Of a stretch of DNA of 64,000 nt, positions 55,407 through 64,000 are shown one piece after another. This stretch comes from Balanoglossus misakiensis. Lineage: Eukaryota; Animalia; Hemichordata. A program made the position numbers and the translations under genes. The notes beneath the pieces were generated by a model that searched no databases, was not told where the DNA came from, and saw only the letters and a list, made by a program, of their open reading frames with translations. The stretch is taken from positions 2,572,902 to 2,636,901 of the forward strand of contig CM082585.2 in assembly GCA_040954595.2 (NCBI GenBank), written 5' to 3'. Positions within the stretch are counted from its first letter, which is position 1, and each line of letters begins with the position of its first letter.

Positions 55407-57823
55407 AGCCGCGTCACCGCATCAATTTTGAGATTTCGCTTGGACGCTAAACAAAACTCTTTTTTTTTTTGGCCTTACGGAAAACAATAATTTTTGTTTT
55501 GTTAAGATTAACAGTGAGTCTCCACATTTTACAATAGTCTGCCAGTCTGTTCAGCAAACGCTGTAGACCAATGGGAGTGCTGCTAAATAAAGCAAGATCA
55601 TCAGCATAGAGTAAATACAACAATTTTACTGTGTTGGCATAGACAACAGTTTCTCTACCTTGTGTAAGAGCGTCTTCAATATCATTAATGTAGAAGCAAA
55701 ACAAAAGGGGGGAAATAACAGAACCTTGTTGGACTCCTATATTAATATCAAAAAAATTAGTCACCCCATGCAGAGTTTTAACTGCTGCTTTAACATGCGA
55801 GTACATAGCGTATAAAGAAGACAAAAGTTTACCCCTCATGCCTGTCATGGCTAGTTTATAGAAAAGTGAATAATGATGAACCCTATCGAATGCTTTTTCA
55901 TAGTCTATAAAGGCACAATATAGGCGACTCTTTAAGTGGAAGACATACTTTTCAATAAGTGTACGTAAAATAAAAATGTTATCCAAAGTGTTTCTTTTCT
56001 TTCTGAATCCACTCTGAGGTTCCACAATTTCATTGAACTCATCAAACCAATGTACAAGTCTGTCTGTTAAAATAAATGTATAAATTTTACTTACAACGTT
56101 AAGAAGCATAATGCTACGGTAATTTTCTGGGGTGTCTCTGTTTCCCTTCTTATGTATAGGGCTAATCAATCCCATTGCCCACTGTTGGGGGAAAATCCCT
56201 TTATCAAAAACTTCATTGAAAAGTGTGAACAGCATATCAAAAATCCCTTCAGGTGCATGTTTCCAAAATTCTGCTTGTATGCCATCATACCCAGGAGCTT
56301 TATTATTTTTTAATTTTGCTATACTACTTTTAATTTCGGCCATGGAAATAGCCTGGTTTAAGGCTGAACAGTCAACATCCGAACTGCTTACATCATTACA
56401 GTTTAAGTCATTCACATAATTTTGAATAGAAGAGTAAAAGTCTTTCATATCCTCTGTTTCAACCATTTTTGGATTAAAAAGGTCTTTGAAGTAATCAAAC
56501 CAGCTCTCCTCAGAGATGTTTGTTGACATATATGTAGGGCTCTTACGGACCTTTTGCCAAAACAACCTAGAATTTGCCTGAGAGGAAAGAAAAACAAGTT
56601 CCTCCCGCTGTTGTTTCTTGTAAATTTGTTTCTTTTCATTAATTAATTTTCTATAAACTGATTTCAAATGCATATAATTTTCTAAGCTATTTTTGGTTCT
56701 ACAGTGTCTGAAATGGTTGAGAGAGCAATATACTTCTTTCTTCAATGTTAAACACTCTTTATCAAACCAAGGATTCTCTCTTTTTAAATTTGTGTTGTTG
56801 AAAGTATTTACCTTCACTTTCATAAAGTTACAACATGAATGTATAATACCAGTTAAACAAACAGCAGCTGCATCCAACTCACCCTGGGCAATATTGTCAT
56901 AAAAAGTGTTACATAATTGACCTGTTGATTCTGTCTGGAAATTACAGTGAAACATTTCTTTTTGCTCATGAGACCATCTCAAACGGGTTTGGGGTACACA
57001 TGTACGTATAGTATTCTGCAGGAGTTGTGGATTTCCAGCTCCTTTACAAGTAAATTCCAAAGGCATATGGTCAGATTCTATACGTTGCCCAACCTTAAAA
57101 TGCTTAATTTTTGGGAAAACACTTCCCGCTGTCAAAACATAGTCATTAACACATGTGCCTTTTTTTGAAATATAAGTATACATTCCAACCCCATGGTCTT
57201 GACCAAGTCTACCATTTACAATATACAATTGTGTAGATGAACAGAAATTTAGCAGTTGCCGACCATAGTTATTTATCCCTTCGTCCATGGAACACCTTTC
57301 AGGTAAATCATACGAATCGCTACAATGTTCATCTAATGGTAGATAAATATCATTTACATCTACTTTTCCTGAAAAGTTTCCCGTCATACCATTAAAGTCT
57401 CCTGCAAGAATCATATCACAGTTATATTTAGCGGTGTATTTGATTACATCATTTTCTAGGATATCCAAAAAATCCTTTTCTACAAAGTTTGAACCCTCAG
57501 GGGTGAGTGTTTCTTGTAATCACAGACCAACACATATTTTGTGATTGACTCTTAGCAAGAAACTTTACATCCAGATTACAACTGTTATTTTCACGGAAAA
57601 ATACTGAGATCCCACCAGATGCTCTTCCATACTTCTGTTTTCTCTGTCCTGCAACGTGAACACTTTTAAAACCTTCTAGGAAAACATCACTTCCTTTTTG
57701 AAGCCAAGTCTCAGTAAGACATATAAATTCAAAGGAGCGAATATATTCACGAAAATCACTCTTGTCAATCTTATCACGCAACCCATTTACATTCCAGATT
57801 AAAAATGACAGTTCTTGTTCCAT
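53055..57823 (-). pseudogene. LINE ORF2 (apurinic-like endonuclease + reverse transcriptase + Cys/His motif), disrupted
   Basis: WNVNG, LTETW, GDFN, SDH; KAPGYDG, AFIDYEKAFD, GVQQG, YADD, YLG. Frameshifting deletion at ~57500, transposon at 54131-55474, frameshift at ~53285. Confidence 0.92.
54131..55474. mobile_element. Non-autonomous DNA transposon, PIF/Harbinger-like (Academ not excluded)
   Basis: Perfect 33 bp TIR GGCC(A)11GAGTTTTGTTTAGCGTCC; TTA TSD; removal restores IIVFRKAGSLKKCEKW in ORF2. Confidence 0.88.
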
Positions 57824-57889
57824 CTGGCCTGCATTTTGTACAGGAACATAAACAGTGTCTTTTAGGTTTGTCCGACCTTGGCCTGTTTC

Positions 57890-58720
57890 CTAGTCTATAC
57901 CAGTAGGTGCTACACCTCTCTTTCTGTATGCTGGCTGTATGTTCTCAACCTCTTCATCGTATTTGTAGACCACGTCATCGATCTTGATTTTGTCATAGAC
58001 AAACTTCACAGTCTTACCAGCTGCCCTTGCTTCCTGCGCGAATCTTCTAAGCTTTCGGCGGGTTTCCCGGACTTTCAATGTAAAATCCTCACCAATGCGA
58101 TAGTCAGTTCCCTTCAGTTTAACGGCAGCCCGCATAACTGTCTCTCGTTGTTTATAACGGAGGAACTTTGCAATTATCGGCTTTGGGTGGCTGCGTGCAT
58201 AACTTAACCGATGAACACGCTCAAACTCCAAGTCCTCGGGGATGCCCAGTTTGTCTTTGATAAATGTCTTCAGTATCTCCTCCATATCATTCCAATTCTC
58301 TTTGCCATCTTCCTCAACTCCAAAAATTACAAGATTGTTACGCTTCATCTGTGCCTGCATCTTGTCACCGTCCGACTCTAACCTGTCAGCACGGGCACGC
58401 AGCTCTTTGTTTTCCTCCACAAGCTTACTGACCGTTTCTCGATTTTCATGCATCCAGTTTTGTACATCTTTCATTTCACCTGCTAGTTCCTTCACTTGCT
58501 TGTCAACTGCCTTTATTTGGCCGGTTATGTCCTTCCGCAGGTTACGTATTTCACTCATGACATCAGTTAGTGTAACTTTTCCACCACCGTCAGTCGCCCC
58601 AATATGGCTCCCATTACGTTCACTCGACGTCGAATCTTCCTCGTCACCAGAGTTATCAGCAGATGGTGGAATGACCTGTGCAAAGTGTTTAATGGTACGG
58701 CGTTTTTCATCGAAAAGCAT
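57890..58720 (-). CDS. LINE ORF1 (coiled coil + L1-type RRM/CTD) with a chimeric N-terminus
   Basis: Heptad region, then KRNNLVIFGVEE..FERVHRL..PKPIIAKF..IGEDFT. The first ~20 codons derive from inverted Ngaro pol. Confidence 0.85.
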   Translation of the reverse strand: MLFDEKRRTIKHFAQVIPPSADNSGDEEDSTSSERNGSHIGATDGGGKVTLTDVMSEIRNLRKDITGQIKAVDKQVKELAGEMKDVQNWMHENRETVSKLVEENKELRARADRLESDGDKMQAQMKRNNLVIFGVEEDGKENWNDMEEILKTFIKDKLGIPEDLEFERVHRLSYARSHPKPIIAKFLRYKQRETVMRAAVKLKGTDYRIGEDFTLKVRETRRKLRRFAQEARAAGKTVKFVYDKIKIDDVVYKYDEEVENIQPAYRKRGVAPTGID

Positions 58721-58818
58721 CCGTTGCCCATGCAGGAATTTTACTCCTACTTCGAATCTTCCTCGTCACCAGAGTTATCAGCAGATGGTGGAATGACCTG
58801 TGCAAAGTGTTTAATGGT
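58630..58818. repeat. Complex LINE 5' junction: 83 bp inverted copy of Ngaro pol plus a 67 bp direct repeat
   Basis: 58660-58742 is the reverse complement of 59236-59318 (one mismatch); 58630-58696 equals 58752-58818. Confidence 0.95.
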
Positions 58819-60370
58819 TAAAAGTACCTGCCATTGCATTGGATTTAAAAAATGCCATTGCTTTGAAATAATGCTTTATCTCATGAAGTCTTGACAAAGG
58901 GTCAGCCAGATTCTGACCTGATGGTATATAAAGAGCGGTTATATAAAAATTTGAGGTTGCCGACAGCCAAAATAAAGTACGTAACCATGTCATAGCCAAC
59001 TTATTATGGCTAGTGCCAGAATTGATCATGTACATAGTGGCCATATTGTCTGTATACACGATCACATGTTTGTTTTTCCAAAATGGATGCCAGCGCTTGC
59101 AAGCAATGATGACAGCAAAGAGTTCCTTTAATGTGATATGACAGTCTGCAAGTTCCGGAAAATCTGCCTGCCAATTGGTGTAAAACCAGTCTTTTCCAAA
59201 GTAACCACCGCCGCTTGTAACACACGCATCAGTAGAAAATTCCTGCATGGGCAACGGATACTTTTCGATGAAAAACGCCGTACCATTAAACACTTTGCAC
59301 AGGTCATTCCACCATCTGATGTCCGCTTTCGCCTGTTGGTTGAGCCGCACATGGTGGTGCTGTTGACGCACCGTGGCCATCAAGTCAATCAAACTGCGTA
59401 AAAATGTACGCCCGCCGCGTACAACTTTGGCCGCCCAATTAAGTTTGCCAATAAGTTGCTGCAATTCACGCTTAGTTGCACGCTTCTTTCCATCCCACAT
59501 GGAAAGACATAGCTTCAGGTCTGCAAGTTTTTTGTCATCTAACGCGAGGGTTTGTTTGGCGCTGTCTATCTGAATTCCTAAGAATGTTAAACGTTGTGTG
59601 GGAGCCACAACCTTCTGCTGATTCACTGCAAAACCCAGTTCCCGCAATAGCTGCAGTAGTGTCTGGAAAGCCTGTTCACACACAGCTTCACAATCTGCTA
59701 TGATCAGGAAGTCATCTAAGTACACAATAGTTGCTTTGTAGCCTCGTCTGTGCATCATACGAACCACACTCTGGGCAATTCTATTGAATATTTCCGGACT
59801 TTTTGCTGCTCCAAACGGCAGTCTGGTGTCGACCATGTATGTCCAAGTTTCATCGCCTGCAAACTGATACTTCAACCCTGTAGCCCTTTGAGAGTCTTTG
59901 CTGTTTGGTACATGTCTGTAAGCCGATTTCAAGTCAATTTTTGCCATGTATGAATTCTTTTTGCACAGTTTGACTGCCGAGTCGATTGATTCATATTTGA
60001 AGGACTCTGTTGTGGCCTTTGAGTTCAAGCCTTTGCCAATTGGCCTGCTGCAATCATGAATGAGTCTGATTTTGCCTGGTTCTGATTTTTCGATGGCGCC
60101 AAGACTACTGATCAACATCGGCTTGCGAGGTGTGACAACATAGTTGCCTTTTGTGATTTCCTCACGCAACTGTCTTTCTACTGCACTCCTGAGTTTACTT
60201 GAAGTGGCGGACTGATAGTTAGTCTGATCGATTGGTGTCAGGGGGCTACCTGGGTCAATAATATCAAACCCATAGTGCAATCCATGTAAAATAAAGTCTC
60301 TATCCGAATCTGCAGAAAGTTCCCGCTCCCACACATCATAACATGTAGTCAGTGGGCTAGAGTCCTCATC
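58811..60370 (-). CDS. Ngaro Pol (reverse transcriptase + RNase H), in frame with gag
   Basis: KIRLIHDCS, KIDLKSAYRH, RLPFG, YLDDF, FLGI; RNase H TDAC, ELFA, YTDN, NLADPLSR. The frame is open from the codon right after the gag TAG. The present stop at 58811 lies in junction sequence. Confidence 0.95.
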   Translation of the reverse strand, partial: DEDSSPLTTCYDVWERELSADSDRDFILHGLHYGFDIIDPGSPLTPIDQTNYQSATSSKLRSAVERQLREEITKGNYVVTPRKPMLISSLGAIEKSEPGKIRLIHDCSRPIGKGLNSKATTESFKYESIDSAVKLCKKNSYMAKIDLKSAYRHVPNSKDSQRATGLKYQFAGDETWTYMVDTRLPFGAAKSPEIFNRIAQSVVRMMHRRGYKATIVYLDDFLIIADCEAVCEQAFQTLLQLLRELGFAVNQQKVVAPTQRLTFLGIQIDSAKQTLALDDKKLADLKLCLSMWDGKKRATKRELQQLIGKLNWAAKVVRGGRTFLRSLIDLMATVRQQHHHVRLNQQAKADIRWWNDLCKVFNGTAFFIEKYPLPMQEFSTDACVTSGGGYFGKDWFYTNWQADFPELADCHITLKELFAVIIACKRWHPFWKNKHVIVYTDNMATMYMINSGTSHNKLAMTWLRTLFWLSATSNFYITALYIPSGQNLADPLSRLHEIKHYFKAMAFFKSNAMAGTFNH

Positions 60371-61369
60371 CTATGGTTGTGTAGAATTCAAGTGTGGGTC
60401 GCCATGTTGGAACTGTGGGTGGTCTTTGCCACATCCTTTTTCAATGCAAATGTGTGCGAACCGACACGAGGTTCGTTGGCAACCTGCTGCCTTTTGGTAG
60501 TCGTAGCATATTTCTTTGCCGCTGCGATCCTGTTGGCGTGGTCTCTGTTGTTGGCGTTTACCTGTCTGTAAGGGTGGCTGACGTCTATCCAAGTAATACA
60601 GGGAAAGGTGCAAATCCACTCCACCCCACTTGGATTTTGTTGATGCCTGCTTCTTACGATATTCATTATCGTATGTCATCACTGAGGGCACCGTAAAGGT
60701 CTGGGCATAGTCCCCGATGTTAATGGTGTGGTTCAGGTAACCCATGATTTCCTCGCTTGACATATCACCTGCTTCGATTCCCTTTTTCATGATACGTGCG
60801 TTTGCCGAGACCCACTGGGCGAGGGATATTTGTTCTGGCTTGGGGCGTGATTTCGTGGTGCGCACCACAAGTTTGGTATTTCCATCACTCACTAGTTCTG
60901 TTTCATCGCATGGTTCAATAACGCCTTTGCCATATGTGATGAAGTCGGGGATAAGAAGCGGCTTTCTCTCACCTTTAGCGTGTTCAGGGTGCGCGGGACT
61001 TGTTTTGGCGCCACTTTCCAACACATCTTTCAGTGCGTCGTTCCCTAAAGACTCCATCAATTCGTTGAGGATTTTGTCTTTGGCAAGGGACTTGGTCGTC
61101 ACCGGCGATGTCACCTCCTCCTTCCCGCCGCCGTTTGGTTCTTGTCGTTTTACTCCGGTCGGGTTATCGGACATATCTCGTATTACCCGTCTTAGTAGAC
61201 TCCGTTGGCCAAGGGGCAGTTCGAGGTCAACAATGTCCTGTTCTTGTATGGTTTTCAAGATTTCCGTCGAGGTGATTTGTTCTGTAGTCAACTTGTCGAT
61301 CGTGTCCTTTGACAGATGTTTCGTTTCACACCACTCAACAAACCAGTAATTATGACCGCTTTCTACCAT
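60371..61369 (-). CDS. Ngaro Gag-like ORF1 with SAM-like N-terminus and C-terminal Cys/His finger
   Basis: ATG in ACCATGG context just after repeat A1; FVEWCETKHLSKDTIDKLTTEQITSTEILKTIQEQDIVDLELPLGQRSLLRRVI; YDNEYR; CYDYQKAAGCQRTSCRFAHICIEKGCGKDH. Confidence 0.9.
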   Translation of the reverse strand: MVESGHNYWFVEWCETKHLSKDTIDKLTTEQITSTEILKTIQEQDIVDLELPLGQRSLLRRVIRDMSDNPTGVKRQEPNGGGKEEVTSPVTTKSLAKDKILNELMESLGNDALKDVLESGAKTSPAHPEHAKGERKPLLIPDFITYGKGVIEPCDETELVSDGNTKLVVRTTKSRPKPEQISLAQWVSANARIMKKGIEAGDMSSEEIMGYLNHTINIGDYAQTFTVPSVMTYDNEYRKKQASTKSKWGGVDLHLSLYYLDRRQPPLQTGKRQQQRPRQQDRSGKEICYDYQKAAGCQRTSCRFAHICIEKGCGKDHPQFQHGDPHLNSTQP

Positions 61370-61372
61370 GGT

Positions 61373-61523
61373 AAAGAAAATTTTTACAAACACACACTGG
61401 CGGGAAGGAGGGTTTCTCGGCGACAACAGCTATGAGAAGATGCTGGTCAAGTGACACAGCCTCGTACCAGGACCCAGCCTCGTACCCGCATAAAATACCA
61501 ATAAACAGAGTCTATTGTACACT
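61373..61523 (-). repeat. 5' terminal repeat A1 of the Ngaro element
   Basis: Matches 51577-51745 apart from an 18 bp indel. Confidence 0.95.
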
Positions 61524-62718
61524 CCATCGAACTTTAGATTACAAGTGTTTGTACATGGCTAGTGGAACTATACTCTATGTAGCTCTATCATTTTATCCTG
61601 GTAAGGGATTACTTTCACTTGATTCAGAATATAGGAATTAGTCCTTTGCTTAAGTTATTGGTTGTAAAATATACCTAAACCTATCAATTATATCAGAATT
61701 ACGCTTAAAAGTATCTGTGAATACCAAGATTGCCAGCCATGGTGCGATCTCAGGCCTAGGGTCATTCATGTGTTAGAAAATAATAAATAGGGTGCATCTC
61801 TCTTTGAAAAATGTTGTTGAAACTGAACTTGAAGAGATACCCAACAATAACGTCACGCGATAATCGAACAGAATATTTGGGGAACCTTGCTTGGGCAGGG
61901 ATCGAGGACAATAAACAATCGTACGCACCCCTGTTTACGGCAGCATAAACATATTAGACAAGACTGGAATCTGAATCAGAATATGAATCTTGGGCTGTGG
62001 AACGTGAAACGTGAATCTTGAAACGTGAATCTTGAATTAGGCTTACCCTAAAAATTACTGTACCCCTCGGAGAAGCATTTATAATGTCTTTAAAATGAGA
62101 TGAAAACTATATGAATTTTCTAAGTGTATATTTATTCTTTGCTGTGGTAATTTATTTAGCTATAGGTCGATAAATTATGTTAATTTGATTGAGTTATGCA
62201 TATAAGTAGTGAAAATACATTGTACTTGTGCATAAATATATCAGACAGTCTTATAGTATAGTGTGAGGTTGATCACACATATACTTAACCACATATTTCT
62301 TGATCAATTAATTGTTTTTACGTCAAAGTCCTCAATATCCATGGCAATCTCAGAATCTAGGAATTTTAACACTCTCTATCATTCTCATTTTAACAAAATC
62401 CCCTGAAACTCGTGTACCCTGTCAGCAAAACTTTGTCTGATTTTTAAAAAAACAGATTACTTTTTCACCCTTGCAAACAAATTTTCAAAGATAAGTTTTC
62501 ACATTTGTTAATTTGTTTATATTATGCATGATTATAATTGGAAAAATTCTGAGATACAATTTCAACAAACATGTGTTCAGTACAAGTGTGCGGTTGATTT
62601 CAAATTTTAAAATGTGTGCAATGGACTGACAGGATGTGTGTTTAGCTGATTGTAACCATAGCAATATACAATCCCCAAACAGTGTAGCCACAGAAGAGAT
62701 CAATATCCAGTTACATAC

Positions 62719-62837
62719 CGCCACATGCATGGCCATCCTCCAGCAGATAGAATCCTGGTCTGCAAGCGCACCGATAACTACCATGGGTATTCTGACAATA
62801 GTGTTGGCACGCATTTCCACCACTGTGACATTCATAT
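62719..62837 (-). pseudogene. cbEGF exon type A with a 4 bp frameshifting deletion
   Basis: 119 bp versus 123; corrected reading DMN.CHSGGNACQHYCQNTHGSYRCACRPGFYLLEDGHACG. Confidence 0.8.
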
Positions 62838-63359
62838 CTGGAGGGTAAGAAGAAATTAGAAATTATTTACAAGCATTACATTATTCAAGGTAAGCCTACT
62901 CTTGACTACTGGAATCTCACACCAAAGACACCTGGGCTCAGATTTATAACAAGATGGGAATAATTTGTCTCAATTGGTATCCCGTAAAATATTTTTTTCC
63001 GGATGTGTTTATACTTTAGAACCACCAGACAGGTAATATGTATCAGGCATGGTGCCTCAACAGCATCTTGGTATTCATCTGCACAGTCGTCATTTGCACC
63101 ACGTTGCTGAAATTCCCCGTCAGCTGGAAATTTGAATGCCAACGGAACTGCGTCTGATGTCATTGATATCAAAGAAAATCTTTATCTACTGGTCATCCAA
63201 TGTCCTCAGTTAAGACATCAAGCTGCCATCTTCTGATGTCATGTTAGGTAACAAATTATCCAAATACAGTTCCATTGAAATACTGAAAAGTGATAAACTG
63301 TCACTTGCCAGGCAAAAGGGATAGGTGGGTATTATAACTCAGCTCATAACATAACATAC

Positions 63360-63508
63360 CAATGACTGGTTTTGTACATGTACTTGTGGCTGTGTCAGAG
63401 TTGGAACAACATTGGTGCCAGTGGTGACAGGTGGATTTTTGCTGTCGCTCACATTAGGTACTGTCGGTTGTGTTGACTGCACTCCTGTTCGCATTGTTGA
63501 CTGCATAC
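63360..63508 (-). CDS. Candidate Ser/Thr/Pro/Gln-rich exon of unknown gene
   Basis: cttatcagcag/GTATG...CATTG/gtatgt; open GMQSTMRTGVQSTQPTVPNVSDSKNPPVTTGTNVVPTLTQPQVHVQNQSL. Confidence 0.4.
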
Positions 63509-64000
63509 CTGCTGATAAGTAAACACAGTAGTATTAAAACGTCAATAACTTCAACGTTAACTTTGGATATCAGCTGTAATACTTTATTCTACTCTGTAAA
63601 ACATTTAGAATTTATTCAGAGTTTGGTTTTCAAACAAAGGCGTTTTATATATTGATCAGCATTGTTATTGTTGAAAAATGAATTCTCGTCTGAGTTCATT
63701 TAATATTCCCAATGGCCATTACTCATGTACAAGTTTTGTATAGAAGCTAAAGACTGAACATTTCATAAAGCTATCCATAGCAGAACAAGAAACTAGGGTT
63801 AATTCCTTCGCTGAAAAATACTGAAAAAAACAATGTTACATGGGCTTTAGCAGTTAGCAAAAATGTCACAAAATTTTACCATGACACTGTTGTATTATAC
63901 CATTGATAGGGGAATACGAAAAGGGGAACTTGAATATTTTTTCCTCAGGTTTTGGCAAAGTATATTCAAACTAATGGTAAATGACTGCCATGGCAACATA

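Larger units (their letters stand above)
52943..58659 (-). mobile_element. Nearly full-length LINE (RTE-X-like), 5'-truncated in ORF1, inactive
   Basis: ORF1 plus APE-RT ORF2; AATAAA then (ATT)4 tail at 52943-52955; inserted at a TTA in Ngaro pol. Clade judged from C-terminal KLSTY..FK..F..EKYL..R.ALSRFRLSSHNLNIEQGR..RLC..EDEFHFLLVCPVY. Confidence 0.9.
51487..61523 (-). mobile_element. Ngaro-type (DIRS order) YR retrotransposon with split direct repeats A1-gag-pol-YR-B1-A2-B2
   Basis: A1 61373-61523, B1 51754-51819, A2 51577-51745, B2 51487-51552; gag, RT/RNase H and YR ORFs all on minus; no integrase, protease or methyltransferase domain seen. Confidence 0.95.
50152..61607. mobile_element. 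Non-autonomous CACTA/EnSpm (CMC)-like element, ~1.4 kb excluding the Ngaro insert
   Basis: TIR CCCTTACCA / TGGTAAGGG; 2 bp TSD AT, deduced from the empty paralog CATCTACATTGCTTTC at ~44965; many subterminal GAGCTG/CAGCTC repeats at 50178-50350. Confidence 0.75.
50039..62048. mobile_element. Paralogous MULE MITE split by an 11.5 kb nested insertion
   Basis: Same TIRs and TAAAAATTA TSD as 44861-45412; left part 50039-50151, right part 61608-62048. Confidence 0.9.
35668..62975. repeat. Segmental duplication array carrying the EGF exons
   Basis: ~35.8-39.2 kb closely matches ~45.6-49.0 kb (offset ~9794). 43.3-45.0 kb matches 48.5-50.15 kb. 45.0-46.3 kb matches 61.6-63.0 kb. 39.2-41.7 kb matches 25.2-27.0 kb. 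Confidence 0.9.

Noticed and set aside
58242-61349. Long plus-strand ORFs opposite LINE ORF1 and gag
   Set aside because: Antisense shadows with non-ATG or internal starts and no recognisable motifs.
62906-63172. APC...LVVLKYKHIRKKIFYGIP resembling the MED25 ACID domain end
   Set aside because: Spacing does not fit, the rest of the domain is absent, no clean exon boundaries, and it crosses a duplication breakpoint.

Overview
AT-rich eukaryotic DNA (probably a marine invertebrate; species not determinable) made almost entirely of repeats and decayed gene pieces. (1) 1-11.9 kb: an ~830-890 bp satellite interleaved with three copies of a ~1.35 kb block. (2) 20-25 kb, minus strand: three Gln-rich exons resembling the 3' end of Mediator subunit MED25, one of them disrupted. 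(3) 25-63 kb: a segmentally duplicated array holding 13 copies of four calcium-binding EGF exons, many damaged, plus a near-perfect 3688 bp tandem duplication. (4) 50.0-62.0 kb: a five-level nest of elements: Mutator-like MITE > CACTA/EnSpm-like element > Ngaro-type tyrosine-recombinase (YR) retrotransposon > RTE-X-like LINE > Harbinger-like element. The Ngaro element can be reconstructed intact. Its sequence suggests three products from one transcript: Gag; Gag-Pol by read-through of a single in-frame UAG; and a spliced fusion of the SAM-like Gag N-terminus to the YR through phase-matched GT/AG sites. All family assignments come from motif recognition by eye, not database searches.
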